A DNA stretch of 62,716 nucleotides, filler included, from Stramenopiles sp. TOSAG23-2 (GCA_900128395.1; 33 parts of 33 records of this genome joined end to end with filler, not necessarily neighbours in it), one strand, 5' to 3'. Counted from the whole stretch's first letter, positions 47,677 through 61,491 are shown. Numbers and translations: made by a program. Notes: generated from the letters alone by a model not told the origin.

Positions 47677-49471
47677 AGAGCATACCCAGGGTGCCTTTCA
47701 AAAAAAGACGAAGATGGAAATACCCCATTACATAGCGCGGTTGAGACATTAAGTGGTAATACAGTCGAGCAGGTGGTAAATATGTTTTTGGACGAGTCAA
47801 CAAAATGTGCAGCAATCCAAGACGGAGACGGCAATATGGCATTACATAGCGCTTGTCAATGTCGTAAACCTTCATCAAAAGTAATTTTAAGATTGATACA
47901 AGCAAATCCAGAAGCATTAAAAAAACGTGTTAAAGCAAATTCAAAAGCATTAACGTTTTTTAAAGCAGATCCAAAAGCATTAAAAAAAAGTGATAAAGAA
48001 GGAAATTTGCCACTTCATTCGGCACTGGAGCTTGGTGATGTAATTCAGCCTGATGTAATTAAAGTAATGATTGATACGTATCCTGGTGCAGTAAAAATCA
48101 AGGATAATGACGATAATACGCCATTACACTCGGCAGTCGAAAATATGCGAAAGTTTGCCTCGGCAGTCGTTGATATGTTATTAAAAGCTGATCCTGGTAA
48201 TTATGCCGTCAAACAAAGAGATACAGAAGGTAATTTAGCTATTCATTCGGCTTGTGAACACCCACGACCTACAAATGATGTAATATTAAAATTGATTGAG
48301 CATTATCCAGATGGTCTAAAGAAGAAAGATAAAGATGGCAACCTAGCGATTCATTCAGCTTGTGAGAATAATGAACCGAATGATAAAGTAATATTGAAAA
48401 TGATGGAACTATATCCAGGCAGTCTCAAAACGAAGGACAAAGATGGGAACCTTGCAATACATTCTTTGAGTGAAAACACTAAACAAATGGAAAATCGTGA
48501 TAAAGTGATATTGACAATGATTGATTTATATCCAGATTCACTTCGTCAAAAAGATAAAGATGGAAATACACCTTTGCATTCTTTCATTGAAAATCCATCA
48601 CAAATAAATAATCGTGAGAAAGTGATTGGTGTTATGGTAAAAGAATATGAAGGTGCTCTTGCCGAGAAAGACAAAGATGGAAACCTACCGATACATAGCG
48701 CTTTGGCACAAGGTAAAAAAATATCAATTGAAGGCATAAAAGCATTACTTGTATATCGAGAAAGTTTACTTGTTAAAAATGCTCGTGGAAATATTCCATT
48801 TCATCAAGCATTTAATATGGCAGGTAAAAAACTTGATGACAAAGCAAATGCAATTTTAAATGCAAATCCTTCTGCTATGTTAATTTCTGATAGAAACTGT
48901 TATGGTAATTATTGTTATTTCTTACATTGGGCTATTGGGACTAAAAAAAAAGATTTGCTTAAACTATGTTTAAACGTGTGCCCAGATGCAGCAAATTGTG
49001 TTGGATCAAATAATGAGACAGCATTGCATAGTATGTTGGATATTCAAGTATATACCGATGACGATATAAAAGCATTATTAGCATGTACAAAAGCAGAAAC
49101 GTTGCTTGTAAAAGACAACAATGGTAAGGGTGATCCGGTATTTTTCAAAGCTTTTGTAAAGGGGAAAAATGTTTTGAACAACCGATCTAAATTAATTTTG
49201 GAAGCCAACCCAAATGTACTGCTTCAACCAAGTCGAAATCATGGAAACAAGATGCTGCTTGATTGGGCAATGAAAAAAAATGATATAAAACTTGTTGAAG
49301 TATTTTGTCGTTTATGTCCTAAAATAGCAGAAAAGTCTGATGAATTACTTAATCTTCCAATTCACAATGCATGTGAACGAGAAAATACGCCACTTGAAAT
49401 AATTCGAGCTATATTCAGAGCATACCCAGGGTGCCTTTCAAAAAAAGACGAAGATGGAAATACCCCATTAC
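47677..49471 (+). CDS. Ankyrin-repeat protein, internal fragment (the whole contig is coding)
   Basis: Many KDxDGNxP/ALH repeats; no stop across the contig. Confidence 0.9.
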
Positions 49472-49571
49472 NNNNNNNNNNNNNNNNNNNNNNNNNNNNN
49501 NNNNNNNNNNNNNNNTTAATTAATTAANNNNNNNNNNNNNNNNNNNNNNNNNNNNNNNNNNNNNNNNNNNN

Positions 49572-50347
<776 letters not shown>

Positions 50348-50691
50348 TCATGTATAATCATCATATAAGCTTTATACGAAGTACTAAAAATGTAAGGAGT
50401 GTGAGACTTACGGATTTGAATTTTTAAAGATGTGGTTATTTTATGTATAAAGTGTCAGGACGAGAGAATGATGAAGTATTTAAGAAATATTTTTGATGTG
50501 GTTAAAATCTAAGTAATATATTAATATCTATATTTCATCTGCTATGATTACATTTACATTTTGTGTGTCTTATGCATATATAAAAATTTTCTCTTACTCA
50601 TAATTTATATAAAGTTCTTTTACTCCCGTAAGTTAAATCCAAAATCATAAACGACTTAAAGGGTCACTAGTAATATGTATTTATAGTCTGT

Positions 50692-51030
50692 TTAATATTC
50701 TATAGATAAATCCTCTTCCGAATTTGATGAATTAGATTGACAATTCTTCTCATTTAAACAACATCCATTTGCAGCTGCTTGTGACATTTCCATTACAATA
50801 TAATCATCTTGTATCGATGGAAAAATTTCAAACACAATTGCTTTTGGATTTGGACCAAGATCATATGAATAATAAATTACTTGTCCAGGTAATATTGTCC
50901 CATCAATGAGTTCATTTGCATTTGCAATTGGTATAGGATTGGCACATGTTTCCCCTTGTTTCGTTGCAAATATACTATTTATCATAAGACATAATAATAA
51001 TATTATTATATTTCTTTTCATCATCTTCAT
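50692..51030 (-). CDS. Small putative secreted protein (possibly truncated)
   Basis: Signal peptide, GETCANPIPI motif, beta-rich segment. Confidence 0.5.
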   Translation of the reverse strand: MKMMKRNIIILLLCLMINSIFATKQGETCANPIPIANANELIDGTILPGQVIYYSYDLGPNPKAIVFEIFPSIQDDYIVMEMSQAAANGCCLNEKNCQSNSSNSEEDLSIEY

Positions 51031-51670
51031 ATATATATACAGTATATATATACGTTAATCAAATATTCCAAATTACGATAATAAAAAGACCTTTTATATA
51101 TATCTACAATTATATATATTATATATATATATACAATCGATAGATCCATTCAAGGTGAAAACCCTGTACACATCTATGTGATGCACCTACATGTATAAAT
51201 ATGAATATATTAATATATATTATCCATTATCGCACTATCCAAAAATGAAAAAAAAAAGTTTCCAAGTAGTAGTGTCTGTCCCCAAATATTAAATGTGCAA
51301 ATCATAATGATATAATATTGGATATGTGTGTATGCCAGTAGGGAGATAATTGAAACAAATACACNNNNNNNNNNNNNNNNNNNNNNNNNNNNNNNNNNNN
51401 NNNNNNNNTTAATTAATTAANNNNNNNNNNNNNNNNNNNNNNNNNNNNNNNNNNNNNNNNNNNNACGAGACACATTATTGACACCCACACACTTCAGGGC
51501 AGGGAATATTACTACAGCTATTTATGTCGGCCAGTCGGATTTATCAATAAGCATATAGAGCATATACATTTATGGAGAGAGAGACAGGGAAGTACTATAA
51601 CCAGAGACAGCACAATTCATATACATATACATAAATACACAACACATTACACAATATAAATATAACAAAA

Positions 51671-52411
51671 ATGTATCATGCATTTAACGAAAAGCTGAAT
51701 AATAATGTACAACTGGGAAAAGATGAATATAACCCGTCTGTTGAATACATCAATGCATTAGCAAATATTAAAATTAACGCTATGATATCAGGTAATGATG
51801 TATTATGGAGTGATATATCTAAAAATACAGGTGCAATGTTCAATGTCTTGCCGCCAACATTGCCTGAAAGGGGTACGTTTGTACGTAGACCACGAAGCTT
51901 AACTGAACAAAGTGATCTTAGTGAAATTAGTGTTGATGAATTTTCTGCTGATAAAAGTTTAGCTACTTTAAGAGGAGATGCTGATGATATACCACCACCA
52001 ATAATATCCCCATCAAAATCAAAAGCTGAACAAAAAGCACAAGAAATGGAAGATTTAGACAGCCTGTTATCTGAGTTCAATATCAGCGATAATAGCAAAA
52101 GCAACAATGATGTAAAAGATAAAACCAACGATAATGATGAAAGTGGCAATAAAAATAAAGATGACAACAATAATAGTAATGCTGCTGCAAATAGCGCGTT
52201 GGAATTTTTAGGTATAAGTGGAAGCAACGAAAGTAAAACAAGTAATAATAAGAAAAAAAAGAAAAAGAAAAAGAAAGGTAAAAAGAACGATGGAGGTGGT
52301 AGCGGTGGTGGTGATAAATCTCAAAAAAAGAAAAAGACACCAACAGCATCACAAATTGCTGCAGCTGAGGCAGCAGCTAGAAGATCAAAAAATAAGAAAA
52401 AGAAGAAGTAA
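51671..52411 (+). CDS. Hypothetical protein with acidic middle and Lys-rich tail
   Basis: Complete 246-aa ORF; EMEDLDSLLSEF motif; poly-K tracts. Confidence 0.65.
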   Translation: MYHAFNEKLNNNVQLGKDEYNPSVEYINALANIKINAMISGNDVLWSDISKNTGAMFNVLPPTLPERGTFVRRPRSLTEQSDLSEISVDEFSADKSLATLRGDADDIPPPIISPSKSKAEQKAQEMEDLDSLLSEFNISDNSKSNNDVKDKTNDNDESGNKNKDDNNNSNAAANSALEFLGISGSNESKTSNNKKKKKKKKKGKKNDGGGSGGGDKSQKKKKTPTASQIAAAEAAARRSKNKKKKK

Positions 52412-52751
52412 AAAATAAAAAGGTACGAAATGTGTGATATCTTGATTTAATATATATATATCGTACTGGTGTACTTCGTACATATGATATCATACATAAA
52501 AGTACTTTGCGAGAGATATTATTTTTGAAGAACACCTTCAAAAAATTGTTTTGTCAAAATAATATACGACTTTCGTAAAAAAAAAAATATTAACATACGG
52601 GGGGTGTTGTACTTTTTGGTGTAACATAAATATATTATGTTGTGAAATATATGAAATTTTTATATTATATTAAAATACACCGCCGCAGATATCATTATAA
52701 GATAACGTCGTATGATATATATTTTATTTTTTTTTATTTTTTTTTATTTTT

Positions 52752-53257
52752 TCATTTTGGCAAAGAATACATCATACCATCACTTTCTAATTTTTCCTCG
52801 TTGCATAAATGGTCTAAAAATTGCTCAAGAGAACTGATTTCTTTATCGTATTTATGCTCCCCTGCAGCTACAAACATTTTCAACATATTATGTATTCGAT
52901 CAAGTGGTAAAGAATTAAAGTTACGAAGCATGCCAACAATATACGATTCATAAACGTTCATCTCTCGTTCTAATTCCGCTCGTTTTGCTGCTAATGCAGC
53001 TTCTGCACCACCATCATCATCCTGTCCAGCATTGCTGGATGATACAGCATCTTCACTACCCATTTCTGTCATACGAGTATATAAAGTATCGGAACTACTA
53101 CTTCTGCCACTGCTTTGATTATCCACAACTTTCAAAATACCATTATTTACCCAGAAATTTAAATATTTACCAGCTAATGCTTCTGATAATTTTAAACTTT
53201 CAGCAATATTTTTCAAAGACCATTGTTTATTATCTTCAAAATTCATAACTTCAGATG
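52752..53257 (-). CDS. APC2: Anaphase-promoting complex subunit 2, C-terminus
   Basis: L.FWVN.GIL, then the YIVGML.NF.SLPLDRIHNMLKMF...L..FL..L..EEKL...G.Y winged-helix domain. Confidence 0.9.
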
Positions 53258-53357
53258 NNNNNNNNNNNNNNNNNNNNNNNNNNNNNNNNNNNNNNNNNNN
53301 NTTAATTAATTAANNNNNNNNNNNNNNNNNNNNNNNNNNNNNNNNNNNNNNNNNNNN

Positions 53358-53965
53358 GCACATCAATTACATTAGTTTATATAAGTATTTTCGTCGGCCC
53401 ACATTGGGATAGTTTAATCCTTGAGCCTGTGCAAATGGAAAAATCAAGTTATAGTTCATTAATGATTGCATATGTAATTTTATTAATTGCATGTGGTTTA
53501 CATAATACATCAATTATTTATGTTGGAAAAAGTGGTGGTGGCGCAGTTGCTACTGGTGTAAATAAAGCGATACAAACAGTTAGTGTATTTATCGTAAGTG
53601 CTATTGCATTTGGTCATATACATCATGAACAACAATTATCTTTTGAAAAAGGTTTAGGTGTTTTTTTTGTTATTGGTGGCGTTTTGTTTTATTCTTTTTC
53701 AAGTGTAAATAAAGGGAAAGGAAATGATATGTATATAACGGAAGATTTAAATGGAAGTGAGAATAATGACAATATCAATGGTAGTGCTGGTAGTATTAAA
53801 AGTGGTGTTGAATTAAAACAAATGAAAAATAGTAGTATCAGTAATCGTGTTGCAAAAGAAATTGCAAAAGTATTAATTCCACCACGTAATAATAAACATC
53901 ATACGAATAAGAAAGGTAAATATTCGATTATTTCAACACGAGAAGATGCAGATGAGGTTGTGTAA
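53358..53965 (+). CDS. DMT-superfamily (EamA or nucleotide-sugar transporter-like) membrane protein, C-terminal part
   Basis: TM helices with GAVATGVNKA.QTV.VF..S...F...E.LS..K.LG...VIGGVLFYS. Confidence 0.7.
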
Positions 53966-54096
53966 AAAGAAGTATCATTACACGATCGTATCATAGAATA
54001 TATTTTATTTAAAATACGTAAATATTATTTTACACGCACATATCTTTTTTTACTATAGCATCTCTCACCTCTTTGTGTGTGTGCGTGTGCGTAATT

Positions 54097-54798
54097 TTAT
54101 TTTTTCATTTGCATTAATTTTTCATACTTTGATTTCATTGCATTATATTTTTCTAAATCATTTTGATAATTTTTCTTTTCATATTCTGTAATACTAATTT
54201 TATTATTATTATTAGATGATGATGACGATGTAAGACGTTTTTGTAATATAGTATCTACATGTTTTTTCATTTCATTCATTTTCATTTGTACATTTAATAG
54301 TATATCAGCTTTAGCTTGACAATCTTCCATTTTATTTAATTTATCCATTAACATTTCTAAATATTTGATAATATTTTCTTTCCATTTTTGAAATTCTATT
54401 TTTTGTTTTTCATATTTATTTTTATCATTTTTTAAATCTTCTTCCCATTTCTTCCTACGTTCAATGGCTTCATCACGTAAATGTGCTGCTTCGATATTTA
54501 TTTCATCTACAGCTTTTTTATATGCTTTAGAAAATTTGCTAAAATTACTCTTTGTATATTGTTCATCTGTATTATTAGTCATATCATATAATCGTTTGGA
54601 ATCAGGATCAGATAAAATTTCATATGCTAACTGTATGGAAATAAATTTTTCCTGTATTTCAGCTTTTTCTTTTACATTATTCGTTGGATTTTTATCAGGG
54701 TGATATTTCTTGGCTAATCTTAAATAACGTGTACGTATACGTTTAATATCTGTTGTATCTGGTGGAAGTGATAATACTTCATAACAATTTATTAACAT
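54097..54798 (-). CDS. DnaJ-domain protein with coiled-coil C-terminus
   Basis: YEVL...IR..Y.RLAKKYHPDKN...F..I..AYEILSDP..R..YD. Confidence 0.92.
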   Translation of the reverse strand: MLINCYEVLSLPPDTTDIKRIRTRYLRLAKKYHPDKNPTNNVKEKAEIQEKFISIQLAYEILSDPDSKRLYDMTNNTDEQYTKSNFSKFSKAYKKAVDEINIEAAHLRDEAIERRKKWEEDLKNDKNKYEKQKIEFQKWKENIIKYLEMLMDKLNKMEDCQAKADILLNVQMKMNEMKKHVDTILQKRLTSSSSSNNNNKISITEYEKKNYQNDLEKYNAMKSKYEKLMQMKK

Positions 54799-55249
54799 GG
54801 TTGATTTTGCTGTTTTACATATATATTGATGTGTTGTGGGTGATGTATATAGATATTGTCGTCTATATTCTCTTTCTTTTCTTTTTCTTTTGGGAGCTAT
54901 ACAGTAAATGAAGTTTTTTTGATGAAGAAAAATAACGTCTTGTATTAAGCTTATTCTACTTATGTCGTATAGCTAATATGATGCCTCTCTTCTTCTTATT
55001 CTACTTATACAACACACATGTTTTATTTTATTTGTTTAAGGATAGCCAGGATAGCTAGCTACATGTCTAGCCTGTCCAGCGCTCCAGCTGTGGTATTTAT
55101 TGCTTTACCTTAAACTGTACTCACACTAGCTCAGCTAAGCTATAAATCTNNNNNNNNNNNNNNNNNNNNNNNNNNNNNNNNNNNNNNNNNNNNTTAATTA
55201 ATTAANNNNNNNNNNNNNNNNNNNNNNNNNNNNNNNNNNNNNNNNNNNN

Positions 55250-55412
55250 GGCTGATTGGACCACACCAAGTGTTGCAAAAATATTTGAACCATTAGAATC
55301 TGAAAAAATTGGTGATCAATTGAAAATGAAATCTACATATGATAAAAATTTTGGTGAAAGAAATAACAATGGAAAAAGCAGATTAATTGGTGGATATTTT
55401 GTGAAAAGTTAA
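55250..55412 (+). CDS. 3' end of an unidentified gene
   Basis: Open frame ADWTTPSVAKIFEPL...LIGGYFVKS*. Confidence 0.35.
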
Positions 55413-55666
55413 AACAACAGTGTGTGGTGTGCGTGATGTGTATCATATTCTCGTAGATCTCTCTGGGAGCAAATCTTCGTTAAATTGATGGTGCGTGTGT
55501 AAAAAAGTAAACAAATTAAAAAAATAATAAAATATATTCGCAGCACAAATTGTGCACAAATTCGTGTATTAGATTTGATTTCTATTATATTATATATTTA
55601 ACAGTGTGTTACATCATTTATTCATCTCGACTTTTGCTGCCCCAAAACAAGCACATCGCATTTACT

Positions 55667-56582
55667 TTAAAGATCAGATGAATGTAAATCCTCATGAGAT
55701 TTAACACTATCGGTAGCAATATTACTATCGATATTTTTTTCAATTGGTCTTTCAAATGCATTTTTAGAATATTTACTATCATTAATTTTTACATGCATAT
55801 AATTCATTTGCCGTTCACGAATATGTGGTAAATTTCCTGTTGGTTGACCATATGTTAATAAATTTCCATCATCATCGACTAAGACAAATTGTTTAAACTG
55901 AATGATAATATGATGATACATATCATACAGAGAAAAAAATAATATTATTAAATTTTTCAAAACCGTCATTAATATTTTGAAATATTATTTTGTCGTATAA
56001 TAAAACAATTTTGTTAGCGAAATAGATCTTTCAAAATATATATACCATGTTTCAACAACTTACCGTTGGTGGACACCAAACTAATTTAAAGGCTATTCTT
56101 GATTTAAATTGTACATGTGCAACATCTTGTGGTGGATTATGATGACAACCTTGCATACAAGTTGACCAAGTACCACCTTCACCAAGTGTTGGATCTGAGG
56201 CAATAACGATGCCTTCACCTAATGGATTTCTATAATGCATCCCTTCAACTCTACCTTCATTCTCTTCAAATTGAACATCTCCTAACATTGTACACGCATC
56301 AACATGATTCCAATCATTAAATGCATGTCCTGTATAGCCTTGACCTGGCCTTGCATTTGTTATATCTTTTAATCCAGCCGCCCATAATATTTTTCTGCGT
56401 ACGTTGGCCCAATCTCCTGTCGTATCTGTTAAATTTAAACTTTTCGCACGTAACCTTGCGGCATTCATTCTAGCAACTGCCGTTCCTGGATACATTTGAT
56501 CAATCACTCTTTTTGCTACCGCTTGATTCATGTTTAATAATATTACAATAATAAATAATAGAAATTTTTTACAATACCACAT
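55667..56582 (-). CDS. Two-exon secreted protein of unknown function; intron 55898..56063
   Basis: GTAAG donor at 56063 and CAG acceptor at 55898 join FKLVWCPPT to FKQFVLVDDDG in frame; N-terminal signal peptide. Confidence 0.8.
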
Positions 56583-57141
56583 GTGACCCGTGATACATTA
56601 AATTATATTTTGATGTATATTATCATAAAATTTTGTCAAAGATACACATCACTTTATTTTTATATCTTGATTATATTTGTTTTTTTTTGTGTTCTATCGA
56701 ATAATAAAGGTTTACCAAACTTTTGTTGTTGTTGTTGTTATTATTATACCTAAGGTATTATATTAATAATAGTGTTGTGTGCATGCTAGCCAGCTAGAGT
56801 TTTTTAGCAATTACATACACATTTCTTCACACAATGGTGTTACATATAATATTATATAGAGAGAGGAGATATACATACATGTACATACAACTAAAGACCT
56901 ACAAAAAGAAATTTGTTTTTTCATACATCGTACAATACATATATAATATATAAATTTAATACCTCACTAATAAGATCATACACACACGTGGGCACCATTT
57001 TTGTTTTTTTATTCATCGTCATCATCACTACCAGGTGGTGGNNNNNNNNNNNNNNNNNNNNNNNNNNNNNNNNNNNNNNNNNNNNTTAATTAATTAANNN
57101 NNNNNNNNNNNNNNNNNNNNNNNNNNNNNNNNNNNNNNNNN

Positions 57142-58933
57142 GGCGTGTCCAATTTGCAGAAAAATAAATTGAAAAAACTTTTTAAAATTGCTGAAATAGG
57201 AATACCAAACTTAATGAAAATATGTAGTGTCCTACTATCGACGGAAGGTTTTCATGATTGTGAGGGATTGGGTAGAAAGCTATGCTGGGTAATGGAAACA
57301 ATTAAAGCAACACTAGATCCAGTTAAATCTGCTTCTAAAGGTTTTGGATTGGTATTGATAGGTAAAATTATAAATCTTGCTGGAATATTGAGACGTGAAC
57401 TTCCACAGAATGAAGATGCATGCATACTCAATTCTATACAAAAAATGTTCGGAACTCGGGTGGAATCGAACAATATAAAATCAATTCAATTAATATTATC
57501 AACAGCATTTGATACGGCTTCATCAAATGAGCTAACAGCAGATAGTGAGTTTTTGAAGCAAGAAGCTCATGCTACTATTTCTGCAGCCGGTTTACATAGC
57601 ACCAAAACTTACGTCGATAGTCTCCTTGATTTCCATTCTTTGTTGTCAATACAAAAAATGATTATTTTGTTGGGCCCAAGTCGAACAGGAAAATCTCAAC
57701 TATGGAGAAATTTAAGTCACTTAAACGAGCGGCAAGGCATTGAAACTCGACATTTCATCGTACCTGTGAAAGCATTGAGTGTGAATGAAATATATGGTAG
57801 TTTTAATACGAGAAAACAAAAGTGGGTTGATGGTTTGCTAACATCATGTTTGAAACAACAACAGCAACAAAGCATTAGTATCTCTTTGAATCCATATTGG
57901 GTAATCTTGGATGGAGACATTGATCCATCGTGGTGTTCTCCATTAGAATCAAGCATGTCCAAAAGCAACAAGTTAACATTAGGAAATAGCTATGAAATCT
58001 CTGTAAATGACAATGTTAAGTATATATCCGAGAGTACAACACTTAGGCATGCTGATCCATCGACTATATCAAGAGCCGGGATATACTGCATACGATCATT
58101 TGAGACATTGTGGTCATCACAATTGTATACATGGTTGCAAAAACTTACTAATGTTTCGAAGCAAGTCAAACAAAATCTACAAGTTATTGGTGAAAGTATA
58201 TTTGCTGCAGCATATCTTCAAACTACTATGCCTGAAAGCTTCCTTCATCAAAACAATTTGATATTGCCAATAAGCTTTACGACAATGGTTGATGCAAGTT
58301 TGCTAATGCTAAAACAGTTTTTATCCTCAGCCCCGTCGACAGAATGGAGCGTCTTGTGTATGTTATTTGTGCATTCAATTGTTTGGGGAATGGGAAAATA
58401 TACAGTGCAAGGGAAAAAGGCACTGTTTGACGTTTGGGTGAAAGGTCTAAGGGAGTCCAAAGCTTCATCAGATTCCAATGTTAGCAATGGAAGTGGTTAT
58501 CCATCGACAGGATTATGCTTTGATTGGGTTCTAACATTTACAGACGACAATTCTATTTTATTTATCAGTTGGCGAGATTTTATGAAGCTGAAGAAAGATC
58601 GATTTTGTTTTACTGATAAATCCATGTTTGAAAATTTTGAAGCTCACAATAGAATTCAGAATAGTGTAACTTCACAGCTATATTTGCCATCATCTAAAAT
58701 ATTCAAATCTTTGTATTTACTATCTTTTGCCCCTAAAAATGACGGAACGGGTGGTGTTTGCCTTATTGGAAAGTCTTTATCCGGGAAGACTACTGTTATG
58801 AACATGCTGTTAAAATATCAGAGCTCAATGACGAAAAATAGCATTCAAGCAAAACTCAATGCAGTTCCGACTACAATGTGTCATCATCTATTTAAAAGCA
58901 TCGAACCACACATAGAAGACAAAACGGGTAAAG
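57142..58933 (+). CDS. Divergent dynein heavy chain, AAA2-AAA3 region
   Basis: GPSRTGKS, W.DGLL, WVILDGDIDP.W..., KLTL.N, L.HA.P.TISRAG, LIGKSLSGKT. Confidence 0.85.
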
Positions 58934-59308
58934 NNNNNNNNNNNNNNNNNNNNNNNNNNNNNNNNNNNNNNNNNNNNTTAATTAATTAANNNNNNNNNNN
59001 NNNNNNNNNNNNNNNNNNNNNNNNNNNNNNNNNATATTTTTCAATCCATCATCATCATTATTATTAACTATTATTATTATCTAGATATATATTTTGACTA
59101 TGTGGATCCAAATATCCAATATATATATTCATATATCCGATATATATGTGCACAGGCTGGGCCAGCAGGCAAACAGCTTGTGTGGTAAAAATGTGTTCGT
59201 TATACATTAGCCAATAACACGTGGTGAGTAGAGGGGTGAGACGACCCGATTTACAATATAATAGCTTGCAAAAAAGTCCATCCAATTTTTCCGGGGTTCC
59301 CCTCCCCC

Positions 59309-59333
59309 TACTCAGAAAACCACCGCTATGCTA
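59309..59333 (-). repeat. Dispersed motif TAGCATAGCGGTGGTTTTCTGAGTA (copy 3)
   Basis: Reverse complement is 23/25 identical to 34056..34079. Confidence 0.65.
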
Positions 59334-59892
59334 TTCGTCTATACTAACGCTACACTCCTTGTAAAATGGAGAAAGGAGCCTAGCGACGTATCGACCCTCC
59401 TCCATTTCCAACCTAAATTCTTGATAAATGCTTGAACTGTGCTTTTGAAATTGACTATATCTACTTCTACTAATGATGACAAATTATACTCATCAAAAGT
59501 CCTAGCTAAGGTTTCAGCTTCATGAATACTACTAATCATTTTTATTTCTTTTTGTTTTTCATGGTAAGATTGATTCCATGTCATCTGATTCAAAACATTG
59601 TATCAGATTTGAATTTCCAAAAACTCAATACTTTGAATTATCATAATCACAGTTTTAATGAAATTTTAAATCTTGATGAGGTTTATATTATTGAATATAT
59701 TCATAAAGGGAAGGATCATCAAAATATCATGCACACATTGGTTGTTGATGGAGTAGGGGAAAATGTTTGTCATAGCAATTATGGGGTAGTACAATATAAA
59801 GATTTAAATGTAAATAATTATTATTTTTTGCATTTAGTTTCTATATATGGTGTATCAAAAAATTATAAAAGAAAGAAAAAAAAAAACTTTAT

Positions 59893-60350
59893 TACCTTAA
59901 CAATGTGCATGGGTTTCTACCATTGAAGCAGAACGTATTTTAAAAATTCATTATAAAATGGTTTATTTTAATACTAACAATTTTGAAAATTTTTTTTTTC
60001 TTTGTTATTAGGCTTATTTTAAAACACGTGTTACACTCCTGTAATTCATTTGAAAAATATTTAAGGTGTATACGAAAAATAGTCATAAAAATGGTCAAAT
60101 GTATTTCATCTCCTATATCTCCTGTACCAAAATCGTCATCATCATCTTTTTCACCTTAACATTGTGCATGGGTTTCTACCATTGAAGCAGCAGGTATTTT
60201 AAAAATTCATTATAAAATGGTTTATTTTAATACTAACAATTTTGTTAGTTTTTTTTTTCATTGTTATTAGGCTTATTTTAAAACAAGGTTTAAAACCCGT
60301 ACAATTCATTTCAAAAATATTTAAGGTATATACGAAAAATGGTCATAAAA
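59893..60350. repeat. Diverged direct repeat, period about 260 bp
   Basis: ACCTTAACAWTGTGCATGGGTTTCTACCATTGAAGCAG starts at 59893 and 60153, with scattered substitutions downstream. Confidence 0.8.
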
Positions 60351-60379
60351 ATCATCCTTTTTCCGAAAACATTTTTTTA

Positions 60380-60825
60380 TTAAATTTTTATCCATGAATT
60401 TTTATTTTTGTTTGATATTTCTATATTATTAGTCTCCATATTTCCTCTACTTTTTTGAACACCCCTTGGTGCTAGCCATCCTTTTACAAAAACTGCCAAC
60501 ATAGCACATACGCATAAACTAACACATGATATAATTAAAATCATTATAATCATCTTCAGTAATGAATTAGTATTACCGTTGTCATCATTCGCTGTTGCTA
60601 CAGCAAATACTGTTGTTGTTGCTGCTACGGCGGGTAATGTTGTTGTTGCTGCTACGGCGGGTAATGTTGTTGTAACATCGCAGCTGGTATCATGTTTGCA
60701 CACACATGCATGTGTTGTGCTTTTAGCAAATGCACAGTCCCATTGCCAATATACATTATTAAAATTGGAAGCACCAGAAAACATGTACGCCATACTTGTT
60801 ACTTTTCCAACATTCCAATTCGATA
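60380..60825 (-). CDS. DUF285/BspA-type repeat surface protein, C-terminus with Thr/Ala stalk and TM helix
   Basis: Translating to the contig end gives SNWNVGKVTSMAYMFSGASNFN, then TTTLPAVAA repeats and a TM segment. Confidence 0.8.
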
Positions 60826-61491
60826 NNNNNNNNNNNNNNNNNNNNNNNNNNNNNNNNNNNNNNNNNNNNTTAATTAATTAANNNNNNNNNNNNNNNNNNN
60901 NNNNNNNNNNNNNNNNNNNNNNNNNAATATGTTTTGGTGTTGTTGGTGCGGGGGGGGGGGTTAATTTTGAATAATATATTATATGGTCAATTGATTTATA
61001 AATTTCTTTTTCTTTTATTTCTTTTGATATCATTCTTTTAAATATCTATAAAAAGATTTTTTATTATTCTTTCTTCTATTCAAAATCGATAGATTTGATT
61101 GATTTTATTGATTTTCTGTGGTGGCTTCGAGAAGATGTGCAGAAGAAGAGAAAGAAGAAGGGCACATGGGAAGAAAAATGCGAGAAGAAATGAAAATGAT
61201 GGTCATTTGGTCATTTGGCATTTTGTATAATCAGTATAAATTATGAATACGAATATAAAACCCTATCAAATCATTTGTGTCTTTCACTTTCAATTTTACT
61301 GGTATATTTATACTATCCTATTTAATTTGCCTGGTGTTCACTTCACCCTTTTCACTTTTCACTCAGGCTTCATAGTTCAAAAACAAAAAAAATCAATACT
61401 TGCACCACGAAACTTAAAGTGTAACTTATCAGGTATAACACAAGAAATATAGTAATAGGAATAAGACAAGTTTGTTTCATCTTGTAGAAAT

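Noticed and set aside
59339..59926. ORFs 59339..59593 (-) and 59522..59926 (+), the latter with an HTLVVDG peptidase-like word
   Set aside because: Short, overlapping and without a supporting catalytic Cys region; not enough to call.
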